From Synechococcus sp. (GTDB taxonomy: Bacteria; Cyanobacteriota; Cyanobacteriia; Thermostichales; PCC-7336), in assembly GCA_051439425.1 (NCBI GenBank), contig JBFRWD010000115.1:1-50340 (forward strand): a stretch of DNA of 50,340 bases, in the 5' to 3' direction. The stretch's first letter is position 1. The number at the start of each line of letters is the position of its first letter. This document shows positions 1-9,620 of this stretch, in pieces. Under the pieces are notes generated by a model. It had not been told where the DNA came from and ran no database searches. It saw only the letters and a list, made by a program, of their open reading frames with translations. The position numbers were made by a program, and so were the translations under genes.

Positions 1-71
1 GAATAGCGTTACATTGGCAATCAGCTTATTCAACTCCCCATGAATGGTAAGAGGTATGCCGGTGAAGTCTG

Positions 72-392
72 CTAGAGCTTGGCCATCCGCTCTGGGCACT
101 TGCGGGCTGACAATGACACCATCGGCAAAAAACGCTTTGGCAACTGTTGCACCTGCCGCAATATACGCCGAATGCCCGCCAGGATAGGAGGGACGGGTGG
201 GAGAACCTTCGCTTCGGGAAAGGCGATCGGTGGCAACCACGTATCATCTTCGTCTCCTCGACACAAGCGTCGATTGAGATCTTGGTTGTGCTTGCAGATG
301 CGATCCAGCACGCAGGTTTGCGTCCACACCTCAGCGCCGGCACCAAACATTTTGTTGAAGGTGTCGTCAAACGGATGGGAATCTTTCCCCAA
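72..392 (-). CDS. possible small hypothetical protein
   Basis: 106-aa ORF with TTG start and plausible composition; no recognisable motif; start uncertain. Confidence 0.3.
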   Translation of the reverse strand: MGKDSHPFDDTFNKMFGAGAEVWTQTCVLDRICKHNQDLNRRLCRGDEDDTWLPPIAFPEAKVLPPVPPILAGIRRILRQVQQLPKRFLPMVSLSARKCPERMAKL

Positions 393-647
393 TTTGAAGG
401 CTTTACGGCAGCGGGTTCAGGGCGCGATAGACGACTTGAGCGATACTGTTGTTCGCTCCATTACTGGATGGGATTTTATCGTTGACCCTGTTTAAAGTGC
501 ACATTTATAGAGACTTGGTATAACAAATCATTTTGTTGGAACAGAACCGCTTTGGCAGCATTGACATTTCATTGAAGCTACAAGATCCACTATTACAGTG
601 CACAAGACCTCATATCAATTTCTGTCCAATGTCAAACGCTATAAGTT

Positions 648-2825
648 CTATTTCCGAGTTGATGAAAAAACTTTGTTATTATGCTCTGAGGCAAATTCTT
701 CGGCAATATCAGAGCTCATGGGTTTTGATATGTAGTACCCTTGGACTTTATCGCAATTCATCTTTTTCAAACAGTGTATCTGTTCTTGAATCTCAACGCC
801 TTCAGCAACCACCTCTATTTCCAGGACTTTAGCAAGCGCAACCATTGATTCAACAATCTTAAGTCCGTTTCTTGTATTGATTTCAGCAGTGAATGAGCGA
901 TCGATCTTTAGAACGTTTACTGGAAGCTGATGTAAATATCCAAAGGATGAATAGCCTGTCCCAAAGTCATCAAGATAGATATCAATCCCTAGGGCATTAA
1001 TTTCTTCTAGCTTCTCCTTAGCTTGTTCAAAGTCCTCTATTAGCATGCTTTCAGTGATTTCAAGCTTGAGATTCTTTGGAGAAACCCTTGTCTCATTTAT
1101 AATTCCAAGGAGCTCTTCGACAAAGAGTGGATGTACGATTTGTTTCCCCGACACGTTAACACTAACGCCTATTGACTTTAAAAAAATATTTCTATCATTC
1201 CACTGCTTCAACTGATAGCAAGCCTGACGAAGAATCCATATCCCTATATCTTTTATTAGCCCAGACTCCTCACAAACTGGTATAAACTCTGAAGGAGAAA
1301 CCCACCCTAATTTAGGGTTATCCCAGCGCAATAAAGATTCGAAGCTGACTATATAGTCTGTTTCCAGGGATACTATGGGTTGATAATAAAGTTCAAACTC
1401 CTCTCTTTCAATTGCATTTCTCAACTCTTGTTCCAATTGAATTTTTCGTTGGGCTAGAGCTCCAATCTGATTGTCGAAGAAAATATATTGATGCAGTTGG
1501 GACTCCTTAGCTTGATACATCGCGAAGTCTGCATCTCGCATTAACTCCTCAGGAGACAAATGTTCTTGAGTACTAATAACAACTCCAATGCTAAGGGAAA
1601 TAGAAATCTTCTTTTCTCGGATTTGTATAGGCTCTTGTAGAGATCGGATCAGTCGCCTAATAATATGTGTTAAGACGACTCTATCTTGAATTCCTTTTAC
1701 AAGAACTGTAAATTCATCTCCTCCCAAACGCGCAACAATATCTTCATCTCTGAAGTTCTTCTTTATCCTTTTGCTAATAACAATTAGAAGACTATCGCCA
1801 AAATCATGTCCTAAGGTGTCATTAATATATTTGAATCTGTTGAGATCTAAAAATATTAAGGCAAATCCTTTGGCGCTAGAATGTTTAAATCTCGAAAACT
1901 CAGTTCCAAGCCCTTCTAGAAAATATCTCCTGTTTCCTAGTAATGTCAAGGGGTCTTGATAGGCATATAGCTGCAATTGTTGTTCAATAATCTTCTGGCT
2001 GGTTATGTCTCGAACAACGATCATCAGTGTTATTTTATTATTGTTCTCAATTAAACTGATTGAGAAGTCAGAATGAAATTCATGTCCATCACTCCTTTTT
2101 ATCTTAGAAGCGCTCCATCTGCCGAGCATAGACTCATCTAAACTATCATTGACTCTGGAAATGGTCTTAATGAATTCACTCTTCCAGGGTTCTGGTAAGA
2201 CGGTTTGGGCAAAGTCTTTGCCAATTATGTCTTTTTCCTCAATACCAACCAGCCTTAAAGCTGCTTTGTTGATGTCCCGTATGGTTCCATCTATGTTTAA
2301 CAGGAATATTGATTCTTTTATTGCATGGAAAATAGACCCATCTGAGTCGATAATTGAATCGGCCTTGATGTTTGTATTCTCACTTTTTCTTGTTGTTGTG
2401 TGTGTAAACCTTGCTTTTACATTGGGGCCAATACGAATTATGTCTCCATCAGATAGAAGGCATTCGGTGACTTTGTTTCCATTTACATATATTCCATTCT
2501 TACTGCTTTTACCATTTAAACTACCATCTCTTATCAAATAGCTAAACCCGGCCTCAGAGCTATCTGAATGAACTCTCTCTAATGTTGCATGGTGATGGGA
2601 TACAAATGTGTTCGGAATATATATAGAAAAGCTAGAATTACGTCCGATTGAGTACTTCTCGCCATTGATCATATAGGTTGTATAGTTGATGCCATCATCA
2701 ACTTCAAGTTTATACTCATGTATTTTTGATACTTTATTGCTGTTATTCTGCTGGCATAAGGATTTATATGTCTCTACTTCATGTTCAAATGAATAAGAAA
2801 TCTCTGTATTAGAGTGTTGACTCAT
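648..2825 (-). CDS. FHA-PAS-GGDEF-EAL diguanylate cyclase/phosphodiesterase
   Basis: FHA (YSIGR...VSHHHA...SKNGIYVNG); PAS (DGTIRDINKAA...IIGK...VRDIT); DPLTLLGNRR, DLNRFKYINDTLGH, RDED I-site and GGDEF; EAL domain with ESLLRW, LEITE, DDFGTGYSS, LKID, EGVE, QGY. Confidence 0.95.
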   Translation of the reverse strand: MSQHSNTEISYSFEHEVETYKSLCQQNNSNKVSKIHEYKLEVDDGINYTTYMINGEKYSIGRNSSFSIYIPNTFVSHHHATLERVHSDSSEAGFSYLIRDGSLNGKSSKNGIYVNGNKVTECLLSDGDIIRIGPNVKARFTHTTTRKSENTNIKADSIIDSDGSIFHAIKESIFLLNIDGTIRDINKAALRLVGIEEKDIIGKDFAQTVLPEPWKSEFIKTISRVNDSLDESMLGRWSASKIKRSDGHEFHSDFSISLIENNNKITLMIVVRDITSQKIIEQQLQLYAYQDPLTLLGNRRYFLEGLGTEFSRFKHSSAKGFALIFLDLNRFKYINDTLGHDFGDSLLIVISKRIKKNFRDEDIVARLGGDEFTVLVKGIQDRVVLTHIIRRLIRSLQEPIQIREKKISISLSIGVVISTQEHLSPEELMRDADFAMYQAKESQLHQYIFFDNQIGALAQRKIQLEQELRNAIEREEFELYYQPIVSLETDYIVSFESLLRWDNPKLGWVSPSEFIPVCEESGLIKDIGIWILRQACYQLKQWNDRNIFLKSIGVSVNVSGKQIVHPLFVEELLGIINETRVSPKNLKLEITESMLIEDFEQAKEKLEEINALGIDIYLDDFGTGYSSFGYLHQLPVNVLKIDRSFTAEINTRNGLKIVESMVALAKVLEIEVVAEGVEIQEQIHCLKKMNCDKVQGYYISKPMSSDIAEEFASEHNNKVFSSTRK

Positions 2826-2925
2826 CTTTAGGGGGATTTCTAAAAATAAACATAATGACTAGTATGCCCATTTCGTATGAATAACTATAATTGACTGGAT
2901 ATTGCATTGATTTTGCTATCGTTCC

Positions 2926-3744
2926 GGTTTTGTTGCAAACTTCTAGATGACACAAGAGAGATTGTAGTTTGAGCCCGTTTACTATCCAAGATTGGCGACC
3001 ATATGTCCGCCGATACTCCGTTTAAAAATCGTCATTCCCTTCCCTCGATCGTAGTCATGGCAGTGAGGTGGTACCTGAGATATCGACTGAGTTATCGAGT
3101 GTGCAGGAGATGCTGGCTGAACGTGGAGTCAATGTTGAGCATTCGGCGAGCTATCGCTGGGTGCAGCGGTGACGGGTGGTGGATTTAATCGGAATTACTC
3201 TGGATTGAATGCTGACCCCCAGACGGGATGCTAAAGCTGCTAAGTAGGTTGTTCTAATCAATTTTGTAGGAGTAGCCACTTCTGTGAGGCTTCTGGGACA
3301 TTGGTTATACGATTAATTCGACCAAGTTACTTAAAAGGTTTCTGTGTAGGATTTTGTAGAGCATACTCAAACGACAAGAGTCACCAACATTGATAGGAAC
3401 GCTTGCTACGTTAAAGCGATCGCCGCACTGAAGCAATCAGGTGAGCTGTCAGAAGACTGCCAGCATCGTCCTACTCAATACCTCGACAATATGGTGGAGC
3501 AGGATCGCTGATTTATCCGATGGAGAGTCAAAGCTAGCTAGAATTTCAAGAACTTTTGGAGTGCTCAACGAACTCTCAGGGGAGATGAAACCATCAATAG
3601 GATTTGCAAGGGGCAACCGGATGGCGTTACGCGGGGAGATGTTGCTGCATGGATCGACTTTGTCTCTCACCCATTTGGGGGTGCTGTATAAAAATGCAAG
3701 AGAAACGACAGCTTTTGTTTGAAAATCACGTCTGCAACAGAATC
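2926..3744 (+). mobile_element. degenerate IS6-family insertion sequence
   Basis: Left end GGTTTTGTTGCAAAC (2926-2940) and right end GTCTGCAACAGAATC (3730-3744) are inverted repeats matching at 12/15 and resemble IS6/IS26 ends; about 820 bp; no target-site duplication seen. Confidence 0.8.
3003..3690 (+). pseudogene. IS6-family transposase pseudogene
   Basis: Fragments PFKNRH...VMAVRWYLRYRLSYR, ERGVNV...YRWVQ, TLD*MLTPRRDAKAAK, NIDRNACYVKAIAALK, YLDNMVEQDR*FIR in different frames with stops; the segment carrying the first catalytic Asp appears deleted. Confidence 0.9.
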
Positions 3745-4225
3745 CTCCCTGACTGCTTTTCCTTGCAAATCGAGTATTGTCGCGGTCTCATTCTTCCGGT
3801 CCTAACGGCAGATTGCTATATCTGTTCAACGAGTTACCGCCCGATTGGGGCTCTTTTAGAAAATTCGTTACTTGCTATGGCGCGGGCTTTTTTTTGAGAA
3901 CGCTCTTAGATATTTCTGTGAAGATCCTCATGTTGACTTCAGGATTGTGTAGTGGCTCGCCTGCATTCTGATACCTAAGCTCATTTTTTAGAGTTTGCAG
4001 GATAACACTTTGTTCAATCATTCTGACCAAGGCACAACATCTGCACGAGTCGTGCCTCGGCAGGTTTGGATATCCTGCAACGCCTCTTCCACAGTCCGTA
4101 GGAGCGAATGGCGATCGCCCCATTGCTTACCGCATTTCGCTATTCCTACTCCTGATTGTGTTTAACTCCCCTGGTTGATTGGGGGAGATCGACTGCACCT
4201 GTCAACACTAACTGAGGACATCACT

Positions 4226-4513
4226 GTGAAAATTCGCCATCTTGCCCTGCTCGGGGTTGCGTCCGTTTTAAGTCTGGCTGCTGTAGCTATTGTGCCGACT
4301 GGGTTGCCTGCTCAAGCCGGCCCTTGTGCAGCCAGTCCTTGTGCCGCTGTCGATCCCTGCGCGGCAATTCCTTGCGCGGCGAATCCCTGTGCAGCGATTC
4401 CTTGTGCAGCCAATCCCTGTGCAGCGATTCCTTGTGCGGCCAACCCCTGTTCGGCTGTCGATCCCTGTGCGGCTGTCAATCCCTGTGCAGCCAATCCCTG
4501 CGCAGGATCCTAG
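4226..4513 (+). CDS. secreted small Cys-rich repeat protein (12 xPCAA-type repeats)
   Basis: GAGGA RBS at 4214-4218, GTG at 4226; signal peptide KIRHLALLGVASVLSLAAVAIVPTGLPAQA followed by 12 [G/S/D/I/N]PC[A/S]A-type units. Confidence 0.85.
   Translation: MKIRHLALLGVASVLSLAAVAIVPTGLPAQAGPCAASPCAAVDPCAAIPCAANPCAAIPCAANPCAAIPCAANPCSAVDPCAAVNPCAANPCAGS
4318..4510 (+). repeat. coding tandem repeat of 15/18-nt units (aatccctgtgcagcc-like)
   Basis: 12 imperfect units encoding xPCAA(V); variation is mostly at third codon positions. Confidence 0.9.
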
Positions 4514-4713
4514 TTTCGTAGCAAAAGCGTCAAATTCTCCGTTGACACTTTCTACTGTTTCTTTGACTGACCGGAGTCATCATGTCGGGCGGGCGAATGA
4601 GAATTCGCAGGCGAGGTGGTGGCTCTTTTCTATTGGGATACCTGCTAAGTGGATAGCAATCCGCTACCTCGGGGATCTGCATTCAACATGATGAGCCGTA
4701 ATGCCAATTTGAA

Positions 4714-5437
4714 GTGAAACGCTACCTTCCCGCTGGTCGATTGCTATTGGCGATCGCCGCTTTGACTATCGTCCTGAGTGCGGTTGCGGCTCCCACTCCC
4801 TCCAGGCTTGCCGCCGTCGCCCAAAAATCGCGATCGCAGTTGTGCCGTTCTACTTGAATCCATCCAACGGGAATCGTTCGATGTGTTGCTCCTGCCGGTT
4901 GTGTTTCACCTACACCGATCACAGCGATGGACAACCCCCGAGCACCTTGACGGTGTGTTAGCAGAAACCCAGCGGATCCTTTCTCAAGCGGATATCGTCA
5001 TGCAGCCGATGTTTGATGCCAACGATGCAGGCACGGAATTGCTGGACATTTATTTCACACCGGAACTACAGATTCGCGGCCAGCCAGCCAATGGCATTAG
5101 TTTTAGTCAGGGGGCTCGGGAAGTGTTTGTCAGAGATGATGTGCGATTGCAGAAGGTTAGCGACTGCCGCCCAACTGAATTGTTGCCAGTTCCCTCTAGG
5201 CACGCCCGCGAGTCCACTCCTGTTGCCGTTCGCGTGTCGGTTGAAGAAGCCGAGCAGGCGAGGACGCTGGCCCACGAGATTGCCCACCAACTGGGGTTGC
5301 CCCATCGGCAAGACGAAATTAACTTGCAGGCTAGCGGCACGACGGGCTGGGTACTGAATGAATCTGAAATCGCAATCATGCGGCAAGTTGCGGTCAGCCG
5401 ATTTGGGGCGATCGCGGTCCCACAGCTATCGACCTAG
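4714..5437 (+). pseudogene. secreted zinc metalloprotease (HExxHxxGxxH), split by one frameshift at the A5 tract 4823-4827 (pseudogene or sequencing error)
   Basis: Frame-1 ORF 4714-4857 encodes a signal peptide (MKRYLPAGRLLLAIAALTIVLSAVAA...); frame 2 continues NRDRSCAV...TLAHEIAHQLGLPH; removing one A joins them as AVAQNRDRSC. Confidence 0.7.
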
Positions 5438-5591
5438 CGATTATTCACCCAGCGATTACAGCCCCAAACAGTCCCGATTCATCAACCCTTTATTACGTCA
5501 GAAAACTATCTAGAGCGGGACCCGCTGTAAAACGCTGGTTGAGGTTGAGAACGTGAGACATTACAAGGGAGCTTCTCATCGCAAAACTGTC

Positions 5592-6350
5592 ATGGACGTT
5601 TTTCGCCTACCTGTTCTCAACGATAACTATATTTTTCTGTTGTTTGACCCGGTAGAACGCGTTGCCGCTGTTGTCGATCCGGCGATCGCAGCCCCCGTCC
5701 TAGACAAGCTGACGTCCCTTAACGCTAGATTGATTGCCATTTTCAATACCCACCATCATTTCGATCATGTGGGAGGCAATCGCGAGCTGTTGGCGCGGTT
5801 TCCCGATGCGGAAGTGTACGGCAGCGCTGTCGATCGCGATCGCATTCCGGGCATAACGGTGGAGCTTCAGGATGGCGATCGGGTGGAGTTTGGCGGAGAA
5901 TTTGCCGACGTGTATTTTGTCCCCGGTCACACGCGCGGACATGTTGCGTACCACTTTCCTGTCTCCCAGCATTTGTTTTGTGGAGATACGCTGTTTGCGG
6001 CTGGATGCGGACGCTTGTTTGAAGGGACTCCCGCCCAGATGATGAACTCCTTGGATCGCCTGCGCCGCCTACCGGAAGAAACACAGGTGTGGTGCGCCCA
6101 CGAATACACGCTGAAAAATCTGCAATTTGCGTTGACGTTAGACCCAGAGAATGAGGAGCTGCAGCAACGGTATGTCGATGTGAAACGAGCCCGACAGCAG
6201 AATCAACCGACGATTCCCACCAGTATTGCGATTGAAAAAGTAACGAACCCATTTCTTCGCTGGGATGCCCCCGCATTACAAGCGGCAACCAATATCTCCG
6301 AGCCTGTTAGAGTGTTTGCCCGCCTACGCGGAAAAAGAGACCGATTCTAG
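5592..6350 (+). CDS. gloB: hydroxyacylglutathione hydrolase (glyoxalase II)
   Basis: [53 protein letters not shown]. Confidence 0.95.
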   Translation: MDVFRLPVLNDNYIFLLFDPVERVAAVVDPAIAAPVLDKLTSLNARLIAIFNTHHHFDHVGGNRELLARFPDAEVYGSAVDRDRIPGITVELQDGDRVEFGGEFADVYFVPGHTRGHVAYHFPVSQHLFCGDTLFAAGCGRLFEGTPAQMMNSLDRLRRLPEETQVWCAHEYTLKNLQFALTLDPENEELQQRYVDVKRARQQNQPTIPTSIAIEKVTNPFLRWDAPALQAATNISEPVRVFARLRGKRDRF

Positions 6351-6641
6351 ACCCCTACATCCCTGCCAAGAGGGAAATGGTGCACCCATAAACTGACCGG
6401 ATTGCAGGCAGCCGGAGCTGAGATTCTTTAGGGGGGCTTGAGATTCAGGATTCGAGCCCCGACTTATTAAGGAATGCTTAACTCAGACACTTGATACAGC
6501 GCCTCAAAGGGAGCTGCGTGCTACGATTGGCGCTAGATTTAGTGTGAGACAAGTTTTTTGACTGACGAGGATTGGGCCTCATCTCTGTCGGTATTGAACA
6601 ACGCTTGTCGATCGCTGAAGATGCCACATCGAGTGTGAGTT

Positions 6642-7841
6642 GTGATGGTTAGGGGTTCTGTGGCTGCAAATCGGGTTCTGAGCTACGTGCGGAAGCATTC
6701 TTCTCAATGGAAGCGATTGGCGATCGCGGTTGGGTTGGCCGCGACATTGGCCTTGGTTCCTTCCTCTGCAGAGGCCCAAACCATCGATAGTTTGCAGCAA
6801 CAGCGCCAACAATTACTGCAGCAAATCGAAACGATTCGATCGCGATCGAACACCCTCCAACAGCAGGAGAATCAAGCCCGAAGCCAACTGGGGATCATTC
6901 AGTCCAGCTTGGCGGTAGTGGAAACTCGATTGGAGGATAACGAGTTTCGATTGGCTCGGGCACAGGAGGAGCTAACGAAGTTAGAGGATCGACTCAAAGT
7001 ATCGGAAGAAAAGCTGGAGCGTCAGCGAGAAAGTGCATCCAATCGCCTGCGATATTTGCAGAAACAAGGACGAGAGGAGCGTTGGTGGGCATTGATGCTC
7101 AACAGTTCCGATCTGAACGAATTTTTCGATCGCCGCTATTATTTCCGCTTATTGATGGAGTCGGATCGAACCCTGATCGAAGACTTGCAGCATTCGTCTG
7201 AGGATTTGGTGCAAGAGCGCATTTCGCTGGAAGCTCAGAAGAATGAGATTGCTCTGTTGCAACAGCAGTTGGCGGCTGAGAAAGCAAATTTCGAGGCTCA
7301 AGCAGTCCAGCAAACTCAACTAATTTCCCGGTTGCAAAACGAGCGGGCTGCCCATGCTGCCGCTCAGCGCCGTTTAGAGGCTGATTCGCAACAGCTCTCG
7401 ACATTAATTCAGCGTCTAGCCATTCAGCAATCCCAACAATCAGGGTTTCAGCAAGGGACCGGCCAAATGATTCACCCGGTTTCCGGGCCCGTCACCAGTC
7501 CATACGGATGGCGTACCCACCCGGTTTATCGCACCCGTCGCTTGCACACCGGTATTGATTACGGCGTGGCGGTCGGAACCCCCGTTCACGCCGCCGACTC
7601 GGGCACTATTCTCTATTCCGGTTGGTATGGCGGATACGGCTATACCGTCATCATTAACCACGGCGGTGGACTCACAACCCTCTACGCCCACAACAGTCGC
7701 CTATTCGTCAGCAAAGATCAGCACGTAGCCAAAGGCCAACAAGTCGCCGGAGCCGGTTCTACCGGTCTATCCACCGGCCCCCACGTACATTTTGAAGTCC
7801 GCAAAAACGGCCAACCCGTCGATCCAAGAGCATATCTATAA
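6642..7841 (+). CDS. EnvC-like coiled-coil M23 family peptidase / murein hydrolase activator
   Basis: Signal peptide (RLAIAVGLAATLALVPSSAEA), long Gln-rich coiled coil, M23 motifs HTGID, YAH, GSTGLSTGPHVHFEVR; exact start uncertain. Confidence 0.9.
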   Translation: MMVRGSVAANRVLSYVRKHSSQWKRLAIAVGLAATLALVPSSAEAQTIDSLQQQRQQLLQQIETIRSRSNTLQQQENQARSQLGIIQSSLAVVETRLEDNEFRLARAQEELTKLEDRLKVSEEKLERQRESASNRLRYLQKQGREERWWALMLNSSDLNEFFDRRYYFRLLMESDRTLIEDLQHSSEDLVQERISLEAQKNEIALLQQQLAAEKANFEAQAVQQTQLISRLQNERAAHAAAQRRLEADSQQLSTLIQRLAIQQSQQSGFQQGTGQMIHPVSGPVTSPYGWRTHPVYRTRRLHTGIDYGVAVGTPVHAADSGTILYSGWYGGYGYTVIINHGGGLTTLYAHNSRLFVSKDQHVAKGQQVAGAGSTGLSTGPHVHFEVRKNGQPVDPRAYL

Positions 7842-7842
7842 G

Positions 7843-7912
7843 TAACTAATGACCAATGACCAATGGCTAGTGACCAGTGACTAGTCACCAATGACCAATG
7901 ACCAGTGCCAAG
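7843..7912 (+). repeat. STRR2-like heptamer tandem repeat (consensus TGACCAA)
   Basis: About 10 units: taactaa tgaccaa tgaccaa tggctag tgaccag tgactag tcaccaa tgaccaa tgaccag tgccaag, lying between convergent genes. Confidence 0.85.
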
Positions 7913-7920
7913 TTTTCCAC

Positions 7921-8997
7921 TTAACCCGCCACCTCCACATCATCCCGACTCTCTAGCAACACCTGCGGATTAGCCTGCTCCGGCGACATCACATTAATCA
8001 CCCCCGTCGCCTCAATCGTGACGGAGGGCTCAATCAACGCATTCCGCCCTCTCACTGCCGACTCACTGTTCGCATCCCAAATGCCTGCAAGCTTTTCTTG
8101 GATTGCTTGAAATTCTTGCATGTCCTGAAAATTGACCAGCGTAAAGTATCGATTTATCCCTTCGGTTTCCACTTCGATCGCGAACACGTCCAACGAAATT
8201 TGCGGGCTTTGGGGAAACTTCACCAGATGTCCGGATAGGGTCATGGGGCGATCGTGCCAAGCAAGCATCGAGCTGACAATCTGGATTGGTTCATCGGCTG
8301 TGTCGTCGAGAACTAGATGGGTGGGGCGACTGGGACGAGATTGCAGGCGGTAGGTGATGCGGGCGATATCTCCTCTATATAAGTCTTGGGCAATGGTGTT
8401 CGAAGGAACGAATACTGGCAGAACAGTGTCTTTGTATTCAACCACCAACAGTTTGCCATTGGCTCCAAAGGCATGAATTTTGCCAACAAAGCTATTTTGG
8501 CTACGGAGTTCGTCAGGGATTCCGGCCTCTCGCTCGTATTCGGGAAACTCGTCGAGACCTGACCAAGTGTCGAGTGTTTGCAAGGAGCTAACAAGAATAT
8601 GTTGCAGAGGGCTGGGGTTCTGCAGGATGGAGCCTTGGACGCAAACCAAGTCATGACGGGCCAGTTGCTCTAGAGGCTCGACACCGATTTCAGACCCAGG
8701 CACAAGCGAGTACTCGGCATGGCTAAAGAAATTATTGGGTTCGCGTACTGAGAGAACGTAGGCTTGCGAGTCGGTTGCAGCACCGTGGATGCGACCGATT
8801 AATCCCGTGCTGGTGAGTTCTGTTTCTAAGGCTGCAGGAGCGAGTCCTTCGTAGGCTTCTGGATGGTAAGTGCAGGCCTCTTGGGCTGAACCTCTCGTAT
8901 TCAGAAGGACAACCAGCAGCACCCCCATCACTGCTGGGATGAATTTTAGGTAAGGGGAGGATTGGAGCGATCGCCACACAGAATTCAAAGCTGCCAT
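7921..8997 (-). CDS. exported hypothetical protein with internally repeated beta-rich (OB-fold-like) domains
   Basis: N-terminal hydrophobic segment (FIPAVMGVLLVVLL); two similar blocks, LIGRIH...LARHDLVCVQG...QHILV and FVGKIH...LYRGDIARITY...THLVL. Confidence 0.8.
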   Translation of the reverse strand: MAALNSVWRSLQSSPYLKFIPAVMGVLLVVLLNTRGSAQEACTYHPEAYEGLAPAALETELTSTGLIGRIHGAATDSQAYVLSVREPNNFFSHAEYSLVPGSEIGVEPLEQLARHDLVCVQGSILQNPSPLQHILVSSLQTLDTWSGLDEFPEYEREAGIPDELRSQNSFVGKIHAFGANGKLLVVEYKDTVLPVFVPSNTIAQDLYRGDIARITYRLQSRPSRPTHLVLDDTADEPIQIVSSMLAWHDRPMTLSGHLVKFPQSPQISLDVFAIEVETEGINRYFTLVNFQDMQEFQAIQEKLAGIWDANSESAVRGRNALIEPSVTIEATGVINVMSPEQANPQVLLESRDDVEVAG

Positions 8998-9620
8998 AGA
9001 GAAATTTAGTTCACTAAGCCACTGTATATCGATCCTTTATGCCTGCAGCTCTTCACGAACATGTGACCTGTTTTAAATACTGTCCCCAGCAGGGCATGGG
9101 AATAGAAGTAACGTTTTCTAATTCGCAAGCGCTGCGTAGCTTGCGAACGGCCTTGCCGTTTTTTTGCACTTGCAAACCCAACTTCCTAACTACATATTTC
9201 ATTTAATACTGTCAATATGTCAAAAGATATCGAGAAAAGGTGCATATTGATGAGCATAAGCAGATAAAATAAGGCTGTCTTTAGCTGGCAAAAAGTATTT
9301 GTAGCATTCTATAGTGCGTTTTAGATAAAATCTCTATATTATTTCTCTGTCAAAATATAGTTGCATTATGGTGCTAGTAAAGTAAGTGTGCAGATATAAA
9401 TTACGCTGCTTAGATAGCGTTTGGTCTCGGCAGGTTTTGAACTGACTTGGCCAACACTTGCCTCTCGGTTGCCCAAAATGATTTGTAGATGCTTGGAATT
9501 TATACCTGAAGAGGCTTTTGGAGAAGCTGCTTCCATCTTGGAAGGATGGTTGCTCCCACATGGCTTGAAGCTCTAGTACAGAGAAAGATTTAAAATAGTA
9601 TGTACATGCAGCGTATATGC

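Noticed and set aside
1..40. Possible minus-strand gene start (TTG AAT AAG CTG ATT..., MNKLIANVTLF) running off the window
   Set aside because: Too short to judge, and the GGGGAG lies directly against the start codon
2918..3752. Target-site duplication or composite transposon around the IS6 remnant
   Set aside because: Flanks (ATCGTTCC vs CTCCCTGA) do not match, and no second IS6 copy is seen in the window
4312..4494. Antisense AAQG(I/L) repeat ORF and the alternative-frame SLC repeat ORF (4324-4521)
   Set aside because: Shadows of the PCAA repeat; only the 4226 frame has an RBS and signal peptide
4318..4510. Tandem repeat as a CRISPR array
   Set aside because: Units are 15-18 nt, contiguous, have no unique spacers, and vary synonymously within a coding frame
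9000..9620. AT-rich spacer and 75-aa ORF 9334-9561
   Set aside because: No motif, RBS or protein-like composition; treated as intergenic
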